Positions 39,201-49,663 of a stretch of DNA of 64,000 nucleotides are shown one piece after another. The DNA comes from a virus. The stretch's first letter is position 1, and every line of letters begins with the position of its first letter. The translations under genes were made by a program, and so were the position numbers. The notes beneath the pieces were generated by a model. That model was not told the origin of the DNA. It was given only the letters and a program-made list of their open reading frames with translations, and did not search any database. The stretch spans positions 19,754 through 83,753 of IMG/VR virus record IMGVR_UViG_3300028400_000004; one strand, written 5' to 3'.

Positions 39201-40709
39201 ATGGGTTATATATCAAAACAATATAAATACGATTATTTCAATAGAGACTTTAATGATTGGAGAGGGCTCAAAAAATTAAAAGAAGATAAAATTGATCTAT
39301 TGTATAAGGAAACTGTAGGTAATTTAGAGCTTAAATACCAATTAAGGAAGCATCAGAAAATAGGTGTTATTTTAGGCTGTATGCTTGAAAAGTTTTTATT
39401 AGGATATGATATGGGGTTAGGAAAAACCTATATGTCATTGGTCATATTGAAGAAGAAATTTGATGAAAAAAGGATAAATAAATGTTTGTTTTTAGTACAA
39501 AATTTATCAAATATTTATAATATATCAGATGAAATAGATAAATTTGAATTAGGAATGTCCTATGTTTCATTAGATGGAGGCAGCCAAAGTAGAAAGGAAC
39601 TCTTTAATAAAGATTATCAAATATATATATTAAATTACCAAGGATTTACTGCTTATATAAAGAGATTCGGTTATAAGGATTTGTTAGGCAAGTTCGATGC
39701 TTTTATTTTTGATGAAATGCATAATTTAAAAAATAAAAAAACAAAGTTATATAAATATTGTAAGCTGTTATCTAAAGATTCAGTAGTAAAGATTGGATTA
39801 ACCGGTACCCCTTTTGACAGAAACCCATTAGATTTTTGGACGCAGTTGGATATATTAGATGGTGGACAAACATTAGGAAGTTATAATACATTCTTAAATA
39901 TGTTTTTTATAAAGAAATATAATTATATGGGTTATCCAGAATGGAAGTTTGATAAAAGAAAAGTAAACAAGTTTTTATCGATATTATCTAATAGATTTAT
40001 TTATTATGGCACAGAAGAATGTAATGATCTACCTAAAAAAGTTTACAATACTATAAGGTTTAAGTTGCCAGATAATGTATATAAAGAATACAGAAAGATG
40101 TATAACGAGTTTAAGAAACAGTTTAAGGGGGACGAGAATGATTTAGATAAACTGTCATTAGATGTTAATTACATAAAGTTAAAACAATTATCTTCTGGGT
40201 TTGTTAACTTGACTGAGCGGTTGGATGATTATAAAGTAAGCAAGATAGTAGAATTTGATAATCCAAAGTTGGACTTGTTGGTTGATAATTTGCGAGCCAT
40301 ACCTAAAGGAAAAAAGTCAATAGTATTTGTTAATTTTATACATTCAGGTAAAACTATATTTAAGAGATTAAACAAGGAAAAGATAGGATGTGTTCTTATT
40401 GATGGCGATACTAAAGATTTAAGAAAATCTTTTTATGAATACAAAACTTCAAAAACAAAAAATGTTTTGATTATAAATGCTATCAGAGGAGGTACTGGAC
40501 TTAATTTACAATTTGCCAATTATTGCTTTTTCTATGAGACGCCTATAACTGTAAGACACAGAAAGCAGGCAGAAAAAAGAATACATAGGGATGGCCAGGT
40601 TAATACTTGTTATTATTATGATTTTGTTGCATTAAACACTTACGATGAGCGTGATTTGGTGAACCTAAAAATTGGCATAGAGACTTTTGATAAAATGATG
40701 AAAAAATGA
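39201..40709 (+). CDS. SNF2-family SF2 helicase
   Basis: DMGLGKT, DEMH, LTGTP, GTGLNL and QAEKRIHRDGQ motifs. Confidence 0.9.
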   Translation: MGYISKQYKYDYFNRDFNDWRGLKKLKEDKIDLLYKETVGNLELKYQLRKHQKIGVILGCMLEKFLLGYDMGLGKTYMSLVILKKKFDEKRINKCLFLVQNLSNIYNISDEIDKFELGMSYVSLDGGSQSRKELFNKDYQIYILNYQGFTAYIKRFGYKDLLGKFDAFIFDEMHNLKNKKTKLYKYCKLLSKDSVVKIGLTGTPFDRNPLDFWTQLDILDGGQTLGSYNTFLNMFFIKKYNYMGYPEWKFDKRKVNKFLSILSNRFIYYGTEECNDLPKKVYNTIRFKLPDNVYKEYRKMYNEFKKQFKGDENDLDKLSLDVNYIKLKQLSSGFVNLTERLDDYKVSKIVEFDNPKLDLLVDNLRAIPKGKKSIVFVNFIHSGKTIFKRLNKEKIGCVLIDGDTKDLRKSFYEYKTSKTKNVLIINAIRGGTGLNLQFANYCFFYETPITVRHRKQAEKRIHRDGQVNTCYYYDFVALNTYDERDLVNLKIGIETFDKMMKK

Positions 40710-41680
40710 GCTTTGATATAATAAAGTTTTTAGAAGAAAATAAAATAGACTATGCAAGTGATGGGAAGAATTGTGCCCAGGGAAACGTTGTAATAAAGTG
40801 TCCTTGGTGTAGCGATGATCCTTCAAAACATTTAGGTATTAGGGTCAATGGAAAGTTTGCATATGGATGTTGGAGAAACCCTATGCATAGGGGAACTAAG
40901 CCTTATAAGTTGGTGGCAAAGTTACTTAATGTTTCAAACAAAAAGGCTAAGGAAATAGTTGGAAATATTATAGATTATAAGGTTGATGATTTTATGGATG
41001 TAATAAATAGTTTAAAAGGCTACGCAAATAAAGAGATTGAAGATAATAACGTAACTCCTATTAGATTGTATAAGTTACAAAATAACACTTTAATGGGAAA
41101 GATTGTTTTTGGATATTTAGAGACTAGAATTAATAATGAAATTGATATATATGAATTTATAGATATGTTTAATTTATGTTATTCTGATGGGAAAGGGGCT
41201 TATAGGGTTTTCATGCCAGTTAAGTTTGGCGGAAAGTTCGTGTCTTTTGTTGGAAGAAGTGTTAGTGATAGTAAGATGCCAAGATATTTAAGTGGTTCTA
41301 AAAAATTTGGAGTAGGTAACTTAAAAGATTATATATATGAACATGATGATAAATCAGATTTTTTGTTTATAACTGAAGGCCCATTTGATATGATGCGCTT
41401 TCATTATTTATTAAAAAAGAATAATATAAATGCAGATGCTACTTGTTTATTTGGTATAAATGCAAGCAAGAAGCAAAAAATAATTATTGATGAATTATCT
41501 AAAAAATATAAAAAGATATTTATACTTTTTGACGATGGGTTTGATATGACAGCAGCCCAATTGAAATTGTCATTGACTTGTGATAACGTATTTGTTAGTA
41601 AAATACCTAATGGTTATAAAGACCCAGGCGAATTAGACACTAAAGGTGTGTATGAAATTATCCAATCTGTCGGATTGTGA
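40706..41680 (+). CDS. DNA primase (Zn finger + TOPRIM)
   Basis: CPWC..CW, TEGPFD, FDD and KDPG motifs. Confidence 0.85.
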   Translation: MSFDIIKFLEENKIDYASDGKNCAQGNVVIKCPWCSDDPSKHLGIRVNGKFAYGCWRNPMHRGTKPYKLVAKLLNVSNKKAKEIVGNIIDYKVDDFMDVINSLKGYANKEIEDNNVTPIRLYKLQNNTLMGKIVFGYLETRINNEIDIYEFIDMFNLCYSDGKGAYRVFMPVKFGGKFVSFVGRSVSDSKMPRYLSGSKKFGVGNLKDYIYEHDDKSDFLFITEGPFDMMRFHYLLKKNNINADATCLFGINASKKQKIIIDELSKKYKKIFILFDDGFDMTAAQLKLSLTCDNVFVSKIPNGYKDPGELDTKGVYEIIQSVGL

Positions 41681-42452
41681 CGTTATTATATTAGATGACT
41701 ATACTAAGTTTGTAAAAGAGAAATGTAAAGCATCATCATTTTCTTATATATTACCTGATTTTTATCTTACTAGAAGGGAATATATAAAAGCTCTATTTTT
41801 ATCTATTATAAATAAATGCATTTATTATAAAGTAAAATTAGATGATATAGGAGGTAAGTTGGGTGAGTGGGTTGTTTATGTTTTAGAAAATATATTAAAT
41901 ATAAGGGATTTTACAGACAGCAGAAATGTTGAATATCTTTTTGATGGATTACCGTATGAAATACCAGATTATCAATACATAGATGATGATGGTAATTTGG
42001 TATTTTATGTTGATTATATAAAAAGTAAAGAATTTAATTTTGACTTAAAGAAGGGAATGGAAGATTTTGCTATAAAAGAAAAACAGTCTATAAAAGGTAA
42101 TAAAAAGTTATATGATGTGTATGGGATTGATCCAGAAGATTTTGAATCTATATATTATCCGTTCCTTAGAGAAGTTTTTAAGTCTTTTCCTAAGAAAAGA
42201 AAACAAGGTATTGTAGTGCGTCCTTCTAAATATTTAGTTTTTTATTTAATTTTCTTGTATGGCACCAAAACAAGTATGGATTTATTGTTAAGGGCACTTC
42301 GAGAAATGAATATTCCAGTATCAAGATATACATATCAGGAATATAAAAGGGCTTATATATTTATTGTGAGGTTGCTTAAAGCAAAGGGAGTTATTGATAA
42401 AGATTTTGACCATAGAGAAGGCTATTTTAATTATAAAAATAGGAGAAAATGA
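41652..42452 (+). CDS. Hypothetical protein
   Basis: Coupled ORF in the replication operon. Confidence 0.6.
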   Translation: MKLSNLSDCDVIILDDYTKFVKEKCKASSFSYILPDFYLTRREYIKALFLSIINKCIYYKVKLDDIGGKLGEWVVYVLENILNIRDFTDSRNVEYLFDGLPYEIPDYQYIDDDGNLVFYVDYIKSKEFNFDLKKGMEDFAIKEKQSIKGNKKLYDVYGIDPEDFESIYYPFLREVFKSFPKKRKQGIVVRPSKYLVFYLIFLYGTKTSMDLLLRALREMNIPVSRYTYQEYKRAYIFIVRLLKAKGVIDKDFDHREGYFNYKNRRK

Positions 42453-43447
42453 TGGATGCTAGGATTTTAAAGTCTGTGGTAGAGTTTAATAAAAAATTGA
42501 ATCCTTATGGGTTTGAAGTAAACAATGGTATTAAGTTTTGTAATGATAGGATAGAAAATATAGGTAATAATTACTTTTTTATTTATAATACAGATTGTAA
42601 TGTAAATGGTTCTATTAACTCTTCAAAACTAGACAAGTTTTTACGAAGTATTAAATCAAAGGAAGTTTCAATTGAACAGAAAGAAGATTCCTTGTTATTT
42701 AATTCCGGTCGTGTTGGTTTACAGATTGGTAAGTTTCCCACTATTGATTATGATGGCAGCATTGGTGGTGATTTATTATGTACTTTTACTAAAAAAGAAA
42801 GAAAACATTTAGAATTATTACTATCTATTATATCAAAGGATAAGGCAATAAACCCTTCTTTTTCTGGCATTACCATTACAAGCAATAACGGAAACTTATC
42901 ATTATACACTACGGATGCTATAAGGCTTGCAAGATATATAAAGGATGGGGTTTCTTTAGATATTGAACTGGTTATTTCCAAGTTCTTTTTTGAGGCGTTG
43001 ATTTACTCGTTACGAGTATTTGATTATATAGATATTTTGTGGAATGACGGATTAATTATAGCTAAGAATGACGGTGTTATTTTTGGAACTTCCGCTATGG
43101 CGGTAGATATTTTTGATTTTGATGAGCATTTTAGTTCCTTTGAATCTTATGTAGATGTAGTATTAGATGATAACAATAAAGATGTCATATCTACCATTTC
43201 TAAGTATTCAAACGGAGTTTTACATTTTATAGCGAATGATGTTTTAACTGTAGCTTCACATAATGATACGAATCCAACAGATATAATGACCGGAGAATGT
43301 AGTGCTATTGTAAATGACCCTTATAGTAAAGTTTTTAATTTACAGGGGATAGTAAAATATTTAGATTTATTTAATAATTTGATCTTGTCTGATCATTTAA
43401 TTCTAGATAGTGATAACTTAACTGTACTATTGACTGAACAAGAATAA
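42449..43447 (+). CDS. Sliding clamp (DNA pol III beta-like)
   Basis: PSFSGI...YTTDAIRLA motif; size and context. Confidence 0.7.
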   Translation: MMDARILKSVVEFNKKLNPYGFEVNNGIKFCNDRIENIGNNYFFIYNTDCNVNGSINSSKLDKFLRSIKSKEVSIEQKEDSLLFNSGRVGLQIGKFPTIDYDGSIGGDLLCTFTKKERKHLELLLSIISKDKAINPSFSGITITSNNGNLSLYTTDAIRLARYIKDGVSLDIELVISKFFFEALIYSLRVFDYIDILWNDGLIIAKNDGVIFGTSAMAVDIFDFDEHFSSFESYVDVVLDDNNKDVISTISKYSNGVLHFIANDVLTVASHNDTNPTDIMTGECSAIVNDPYSKVFNLQGIVKYLDLFNNLILSDHLILDSDNLTVLLTEQE

Positions 43448-46038
43448 TGGCATTTTTACTTAAAAAGAAATCAAAAAACAGCCACACTAATAAGTTTTTT
43501 AATGATATAGTATCCAAAGGGTGTGCTTATTGTCCATTGAGTGTTGAGGAGGATCATAGATTTGATCCCATAGGGACAGACAGACCATTGTTTTATGTTG
43601 TTATGGATAAGCCAGTTGAACAAGATTACAGGCTTAAAAAATCTTATGGATCATTCCTTGGAAGAAAAGTAATAAAAGTAATAGCAGATGCCTTTACTGC
43701 ATATAAAAAAGAAATTGTTTCTTCTTCTGATGTTTTGTCTTATGTACGGTTTGGATATTTATTAAGGACTTTTACAAAAAATAAAAAATTAGATTCAAGT
43801 TATGCTTTTTGTATTAATAAATTTATAGAAGACGTTAGACAAACAGACCCAAGGTTTATAGTTGTTTTTGGAGCAGGTGCTTTAGGCCGGATAGCCAACA
43901 TAACGAATATAAGAAATATTAGGGGAAAACCTTTTCCTTATCATATAGGTGGTAAAACACGTTGGGTCATTGGGTTTGATGATCCATATAAAATGTTAGA
44001 TGATAATAACAACTATTGGGGAAAGACTTTTTCTGGACAGTTGGTTCGTTCTTTTGATTTTGGAACTCCACCTGACATAGATAAATACAAAAAAATAGAA
44101 TCAAAGAAAGTCCTTCCTGGTGAATATGTAACTGTTACGCATGAGCAAGATTTTGAAAAAGTTATTCATTCTTTCTCCGTCTTGGAGAAGTCAAATACCG
44201 TTGGATTCGATATAGAAACTACGTCTAAGGAGACTGTGCAATCTAGGTTTTTACGTCCTTATGGTAATGGCAGTCGTATATTGAGTATTGCTTTTTCCAG
44301 CAGCAGTTTGGATTATACATTATCAATAGGCATAAATCATCCAGAATGTTATTGGAGCGAAATTTACAAAGAAAAATTGTATAAGGAAATAAAAAAGTTT
44401 TTAGAAAATAAAAACGTAAAACATATAGCACATAACCTATCTTATGAATTGGAATGGTTGAAGTATCATATAAATCTAAACTTGTTTCCTTCAGACAGGT
44501 GGGGAGATACACAGGCGCAGGCTTATGTTTTGGGAATGAAGATGGCGTCTCTGGATGACACTGTAAAAGTTTGTACAGGGGTTGATCTTAAGGCAATATC
44601 AAATATCAATGTATCCAGGCTTGTTGATACGAGCATAGAAAAGGTATTACTTTATAACGCTTTAGACTCATATTTTACTGATGTAGCACATAGCATCCAA
44701 GATAATATTATAAAAAAATCTGGATTAGATAAGGTGTATAAAGATCAGGTGTCAAGAATACCCGCTGCTGTGGGTGTTCAACACCGGGGCCTTATTATAG
44801 ACCAGAAAGAGAATGAAGAAATATCCAAATATCTTAAAGAGAAAGAGAAAGAACTAATAGATCATATAAATAGTTTTGATGAGGTTATAAAATATAAAAA
44901 TATTCATGGGGGCTTTAATCCATTATCAAATGATGATGTACTTGGTGTTTTATTGAACTTTTTTCATATAGACAAGGAATTACTCAAATATAAGGACAAG
45001 GTTAGTGTAGGAAAGGAGGTATTGGAATCTATAGATAATGATTTTTGTAAATATATTTTGGAGTTACGTTCTATAAACAAGATGTATGCTACTTATGTAA
45101 AAGAGTTAGCAGAGGGAGGGGAATATTTATTTTCTGATGGAAAGGTACATACTAATTTGCTTACGACTTTAACAGCGACAAGAAGGTTATCGTCGAAAGC
45201 ACCTAATTCTCAAAACTTCCCCAAACACAAGTATTCTTTTGTCAGGAAACAAGTTGTACCAGCTAAGGGAGAGAGTTTGCTTAGTGTTGATTATGGCCAG
45301 ATCGAGGCAAGAGTAATAGCTGCAGGATCAAGAGATAAATATTATGTAGATGCTTTATGGAATGGGTATGATGTTCATAGTGAGTGGGGCCAAAAGTTAA
45401 GGGAAATGCACCCTGCATTTGAAAGATATGCCATGAAGTTTCACGATAATGTCTCACCAGAGAAGGCTATGCGACAAGAGGCGAAAAATAAGCTGGTGTT
45501 TCCTTTATTTTTTGGCGCAAAGCTGCATAGTGTTTCCGCAGCTTTGAATTACCCTCAAAATAAAATGGAACGTATCATAGATGATTTTTGGAATACTTTT
45601 TCTGGAGTAAAGACTTATCAAGACAAAGTAATTAAACAATATAATGATTATTTATATGTAGAAAGTCTTACTGGGTTTAGACGTTATGCTCCAATCGAAC
45701 AAAATCAGATTATCAATTCTCCGATACAAGGTACTGCCTCTGATATAACAGTTAAGGCAATGGAGGTATTGTCTGAAATAGCCGAGAAAGAAGATTTGCC
45801 TTATTTACAACCTTGTTTGGATATACATGATGACTTAACATTTAGAATCCCTAATAATGTTTTTGATGACGCAGTTGAGTATATTTTATATATAATGGCG
45901 TATGAGGTTCTTCAGTATTTTCCATTTATGTGCGTGCCTTTGTTAGTTGAGGCTGCTAAAGGGGATAATTGGCAAGATATGAAAGATTTTATAGAACGAG
46001 ACTCTACTTATTACGGGTTTAAAAGAAATGACGATTAA
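43447..46038 (+). CDS. polA: Family A DNA polymerase with N-terminal UDG-like domain and 3'-5' exonuclease
   Basis: DIETT, HN..YE and YNALD exonuclease motifs; RLSS..PN.QN, DYGQIEAR, RQEAK, IQGTA and IHDD. Confidence 0.93.
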   Translation: MAFLLKKKSKNSHTNKFFNDIVSKGCAYCPLSVEEDHRFDPIGTDRPLFYVVMDKPVEQDYRLKKSYGSFLGRKVIKVIADAFTAYKKEIVSSSDVLSYVRFGYLLRTFTKNKKLDSSYAFCINKFIEDVRQTDPRFIVVFGAGALGRIANITNIRNIRGKPFPYHIGGKTRWVIGFDDPYKMLDDNNNYWGKTFSGQLVRSFDFGTPPDIDKYKKIESKKVLPGEYVTVTHEQDFEKVIHSFSVLEKSNTVGFDIETTSKETVQSRFLRPYGNGSRILSIAFSSSSLDYTLSIGINHPECYWSEIYKEKLYKEIKKFLENKNVKHIAHNLSYELEWLKYHINLNLFPSDRWGDTQAQAYVLGMKMASLDDTVKVCTGVDLKAISNINVSRLVDTSIEKVLLYNALDSYFTDVAHSIQDNIIKKSGLDKVYKDQVSRIPAAVGVQHRGLIIDQKENEEISKYLKEKEKELIDHINSFDEVIKYKNIHGGFNPLSNDDVLGVLLNFFHIDKELLKYKDKVSVGKEVLESIDNDFCKYILELRSINKMYATYVKELAEGGEYLFSDGKVHTNLLTTLTATRRLSSKAPNSQNFPKHKYSFVRKQVVPAKGESLLSVDYGQIEARVIAAGSRDKYYVDALWNGYDVHSEWGQKLREMHPAFERYAMKFHDNVSPEKAMRQEAKNKLVFPLFFGAKLHSVSAALNYPQNKMERIIDDFWNTFSGVKTYQDKVIKQYNDYLYVESLTGFRRYAPIEQNQIINSPIQGTASDITVKAMEVLSEIAEKEDLPYLQPCLDIHDDLTFRIPNNVFDDAVEYILYIMAYEVLQYFPFMCVPLLVEAAKGDNWQDMKDFIERDSTYYGFKRNDD

Positions 46039-46942
46039 TTTTAGGCGGCCTGCTGATTTTGACGAAGTAATAGGCCATGATGCAGTAAAAAAACAATTAA
46101 AAAGTATTATAAAAAATAATGTTACTACAAATTTCTTGTTTATAGGACCTAGTGGTGTAGGAAAGACTACATTAGCCAAGATTTTAATGAAGCATTTTGG
46201 TGTAGATAAAGGTGTTATTGAGTATAATGCTGCTAGTTTATCAGGTGTGGACAAGGTGCGGGAATTGACTTCGATGTTGAAGTCAAAGCCTTTGTTTTCT
46301 AATAAACATGGGGTTATTATCGATGAATGTCATACATTATCCAAGCAAGCATGGGATGCGCTTTTAATTGATTTAGAACAATTGGATAATGTTGTTTGGG
46401 TATTTTGCACTACAGAGAATGTAAAGATACCCAATACTATTAGAACACGTTGTTTGGAAATATATTTAGACAGTTTGTCTGAAAAAGAATTATATAGGCT
46501 GGTTTACGCTTATAATATTATAGAGAAATCTAATTTAAGTAAAGAGATAATAAAGAGAATAGCATTATTGGCAAATGGAAGTGCTCGTAAGGCGTTAATG
46601 TATTTTTATTCTATTAAGGATGTTGATAGTGAAGAAGAAATAAGAAGTATTTTAAGAGTTTCTGAATATGAAGATGAGGATAATTTATATGGGTTTATTA
46701 AAGATATATTGTCTGATAAAATTGCTTTAGATGATTGTCTGGATGTTTTATTGTATAATGATATGAAGTCTATAAACAGTGAATTGTTAAAGAATATTAT
46801 TGTTAAGGTTATGTCCGCTGATAAACGTGTTCGTAGAAACGGGATTAGGCTTTTAGACGCATTGAGTACATCATACGTATATGGTATTGTGGATGATGTT
46901 AAGTTGTTTTTAATCGCATTAGGTAAGTATTATGCTAAATGA
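46028..46942 (+). CDS. Clamp loader AAA+ (DnaX gamma/tau-like)
   Basis: RPADFDEVIG, GPSGVGKT, IIDECH and TIRTRC motifs. Confidence 0.9.
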   Translation: MTINFRRPADFDEVIGHDAVKKQLKSIIKNNVTTNFLFIGPSGVGKTTLAKILMKHFGVDKGVIEYNAASLSGVDKVRELTSMLKSKPLFSNKHGVIIDECHTLSKQAWDALLIDLEQLDNVVWVFCTTENVKIPNTIRTRCLEIYLDSLSEKELYRLVYAYNIIEKSNLSKEIIKRIALLANGSARKALMYFYSIKDVDSEEEIRSILRVSEYEDEDNLYGFIKDILSDKIALDDCLDVLLYNDMKSINSELLKNIIVKVMSADKRVRRNGIRLLDALSTSYVYGIVDDVKLFLIALGKYYAK

Positions 46943-47330
46943 TATTGATTATTTTAAAGATAAACTGAAGATTGATAAGAACAATTTGGATGGTTGTATT
47001 ATTGAACAGCCAGCATTGTTTCAACAAGTATCACATATTTATACACAAAAGTTGGCGGAAAGGGATTATGCTCATGAGCAGTATAAACGTGAATATGCCA
47101 AACTGTTTGTTGAGCTAAAAAATAGTGGACAAAAATTAACTGATAAACTTGTAGAAAGTATGGTTATGGTATCACCAAGTTATGAGGAAAAAAGAGATGA
47201 TTTTCTAAATAAACAAAAGGAGGTAAACGAATGGGCAGCACTTAAAGAGGCATATGCACAAAGAAATTACATGCTAAAGGAGCTTAGCAATCTTTTTTCT
47301 GCAAACTACTACACTAGAGACGCATATTGA
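46932..47330 (+). CDS. UvsY-like recombination mediator
   Basis: LKID..LD..IEQP start, helical; upstream of SSB. Confidence 0.55.
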   Translation: MLNDIDYFKDKLKIDKNNLDGCIIEQPALFQQVSHIYTQKLAERDYAHEQYKREYAKLFVELKNSGQKLTDKLVESMVMVSPSYEEKRDDFLNKQKEVNEWAALKEAYAQRNYMLKELSNLFSANYYTRDAY

Positions 47331-47341
47331 GGTAAATCAAA

Positions 47342-48148
47342 GTGGCATTTCAATACAAAAAGCGCACACTAGAAGACATCAAACGTAAAGAAAGTACTGC
47401 GGGTAAGGACTTTGATCCATGGCTAAATCCGACAATTCCAGTATTTAAGCCGAAAGCTGGTTCTAACCGCGTTCGTATTTTGCCTCCAGGCTGGGATTCT
47501 ACCGATTTTGAGTACATTACTTGGCTACATTATGGGGTAGGTCCAGACGACCAGACTTATGTTTGCCCTGCTAAGGCAGGTAAGGGCAAGTGTCCTATTT
47601 GTGAGGAACGGAATCGTAACCGAGGCAGCCTTTCAAAAGAAGAAAATAGAGCTTTGGCCCCGAAACAACGTCCCCTTGTATATGTTATTGATCGTACCGA
47701 TGAAGATGCCGGTCCCAAAATTTGGCCAATGCCCATTACTGTTAGCAAGGAATTAGTACTACGTCAGCGTGACGTAGATGGCAGCATTATTTATATTGAT
47801 CATCCAGAAGAAGGTTATGATATTGAATTTGTTAGAGAAGGTGAAGGTATTGGAACCAAATACCTAGCCATTAATGTAGCAAGAAAGGCGACACCTATTT
47901 CTGTTGATGAAGATCAGATGAATGAATGGCTGAACTTTATTGTACAGAATCCTTTACCAGAACAAGTAATCGTTTATGATTACAATACTATTGCAAACGC
48001 ATTTGGCAGTTATACTTCTACAGAATCTACTAATAGTGCTACGGTAGAGACTCGGGTTGAAGAAGTGCCTGTGTTAGCACCAGAAGATGATGACGATGAT
48101 TTGGATGTTGCAGACTATATCGCTCGATTAAAGAAAGCCAAAGAATGA
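47342..48148 (+). CDS. Single-stranded DNA-binding protein (gp32-like)
   Basis: VRILPP, HY, CP..CPICE, GYD motifs; acidic C-tail. Confidence 0.8.
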   Translation: MAFQYKKRTLEDIKRKESTAGKDFDPWLNPTIPVFKPKAGSNRVRILPPGWDSTDFEYITWLHYGVGPDDQTYVCPAKAGKGKCPICEERNRNRGSLSKEENRALAPKQRPLVYVIDRTDEDAGPKIWPMPITVSKELVLRQRDVDGSIIYIDHPEEGYDIEFVREGEGIGTKYLAINVARKATPISVDEDQMNEWLNFIVQNPLPEQVIVYDYNTIANAFGSYTSTESTNSATVETRVEEVPVLAPEDDDDDLDVADYIARLKKAKE

Positions 48149-48166
48149 TATTTAAGTAATTGATAT

Positions 48167-48214
48167 GCCCCTACATTTCTATGTTATGTACATAGAAAAT
48201 GTAGGGGCTTTTTT
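48167..48214 (+). terminator. Intrinsic terminator after SSB
   Basis: GCCCCTACATTTCTATGT/ACATAGAAAATGTAGGGGC stem plus TTTTTT. Confidence 0.85.
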
Positions 48215-48226
48215 GTTGGAGGTTTT

Positions 48227-48691
48227 ATGATTACGATATATACAGATGGAGCTTGTAGTGGCAATCCAGGTCCTGGAGGCTGGGCATATATTATTTTAGA
48301 TGACGAAGGAAATAAGTCGGATTTTGGGTTTGTTGAAGACACGACAAATCAGCGTATGGAGTTATACGCTGCAATAATGGCTATATTGGCCGTTGATAAA
48401 GTATCTAATATAAAAATTATAAGTGATTCTCAATACCTAGTTAAAGGTATGAATGAATGGATACATGGATGGAAACGTCGCAATTGGGTTGGAAGTAATG
48501 GTAAGGTTGTTAAAAATTTGGATTTATGGAAAAAGTTGGATGCGTTAGTTTCTGTTCATAAGAGTGTAGAATTTGAATGGGTTAAGGGACATAGTGGGCA
48601 TGAAGAAAATGATATAGTAGATAGTATGGCAAGGTTTGCTATAGAGAATGAAATGAAGAATCGTAAGAAAAGTAAGAGGCGTAAAGTATGA
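48227..48691 (+). CDS. rnhA: Ribonuclease HI
   Basis: YTDGACSGNPGPGG, TTNQRMEL, SDSQY, WVKGHSGH and N..VD motifs. Confidence 0.97.
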   Translation: MITIYTDGACSGNPGPGGWAYIILDDEGNKSDFGFVEDTTNQRMELYAAIMAILAVDKVSNIKIISDSQYLVKGMNEWIHGWKRRNWVGSNGKVVKNLDLWKKLDALVSVHKSVEFEWVKGHSGHEENDIVDSMARFAIENEMKNRKKSKRRKV

Positions 48692-49662
48692 CTAATAATT
48701 ATTTTTTAGAACAAAATGATGTAGAGTTTTTTAGCACAGGATGTACCTTACTCGATTTAGCATTGGGAGGTGGTGTTGCAGAGAATAGAATGATGAATAT
48801 TGTAGGTAATTCTGGATCAGGAAAAACTTTGATTGCTATTGAAGCATGTACTAATTTTCTACTAAAGTATCCAGAAGGTAAGGTTTGGTATGTTGAAACT
48901 GAAGCGGCTTTTGATGAGGGATATGCAGAAGCATTAGGTATGCCTATTGATAGGGTGGATTTTCCAGAAGATATTTATACGATAGAGGATTTGTATAAAC
49001 ATATGGAAAAAACAATCGATGATTTGGGAGACAGAAAAGGGCTATATGTTGTAGATTCTTTGGATGCTATTTCAGATAAAGCTGAGCTTGAGCGTGAGAT
49101 TGATGCTGGAAGTTATGGGGCCGCTAAGGCGAAAAAGTTGTCTGAATTACTTAGAAGATTAAATGCCAGGTTGTCTAAAAATAATATGACTGTAATTATA
49201 ATTTCTCAGGTTAGGGACAACATAAATGCGACCTATGGTAAAAAGTTAACTCGTGCTGGCGGAAAAGCACTTAAATTTTATGCGTCACAAGAATTGTGGA
49301 TTAATCAAACAGGAAAAATAAAGAAAGTTTCTAAGGGTATTGAGCGTATTGTAGGAACTAAAGTAGAAGCAAAAGTTGAAAAAAATAAAGTAGGTATGCC
49401 TTTTAGGAGTGTTGACTTTGAGATTTTATTTGGTTATGGAATTGACGACTTGAAGTCTAATTTGGAATGGCTGTATAAGGCAAAGCAATTACATAGAATC
49501 GGAGAGGAATATAAAGACAAAAAGGTAGGAAATATACTTAAGTCTATTTTGAGTAATGATAATGATGAATATGCAGAGGTTGAAAATAGAATTAAAGAAG
49601 AAGTACGAAATTTATGGTTTGAAATTGAAGAATCTTTTTTAACTGATAGAAAAAAGTATTAA
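48688..49662 (+). CDS. recA: RecA/UvsX-like recombinase
   Basis: STG..LDLALGGG, GSGKT, VVDS, GGKALKFYAS and KNKV motifs. Confidence 0.93.
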   Translation: MTNNYFLEQNDVEFFSTGCTLLDLALGGGVAENRMMNIVGNSGSGKTLIAIEACTNFLLKYPEGKVWYVETEAAFDEGYAEALGMPIDRVDFPEDIYTIEDLYKHMEKTIDDLGDRKGLYVVDSLDAISDKAELEREIDAGSYGAAKAKKLSELLRRLNARLSKNNMTVIIISQVRDNINATYGKKLTRAGGKALKFYASQELWINQTGKIKKVSKGIERIVGTKVEAKVEKNKVGMPFRSVDFEILFGYGIDDLKSNLEWLYKAKQLHRIGEEYKDKKVGNILKSILSNDNDEYAEVENRIKEEVRNLWFEIEESFLTDRKKY

Positions 49663-49663
49663 T

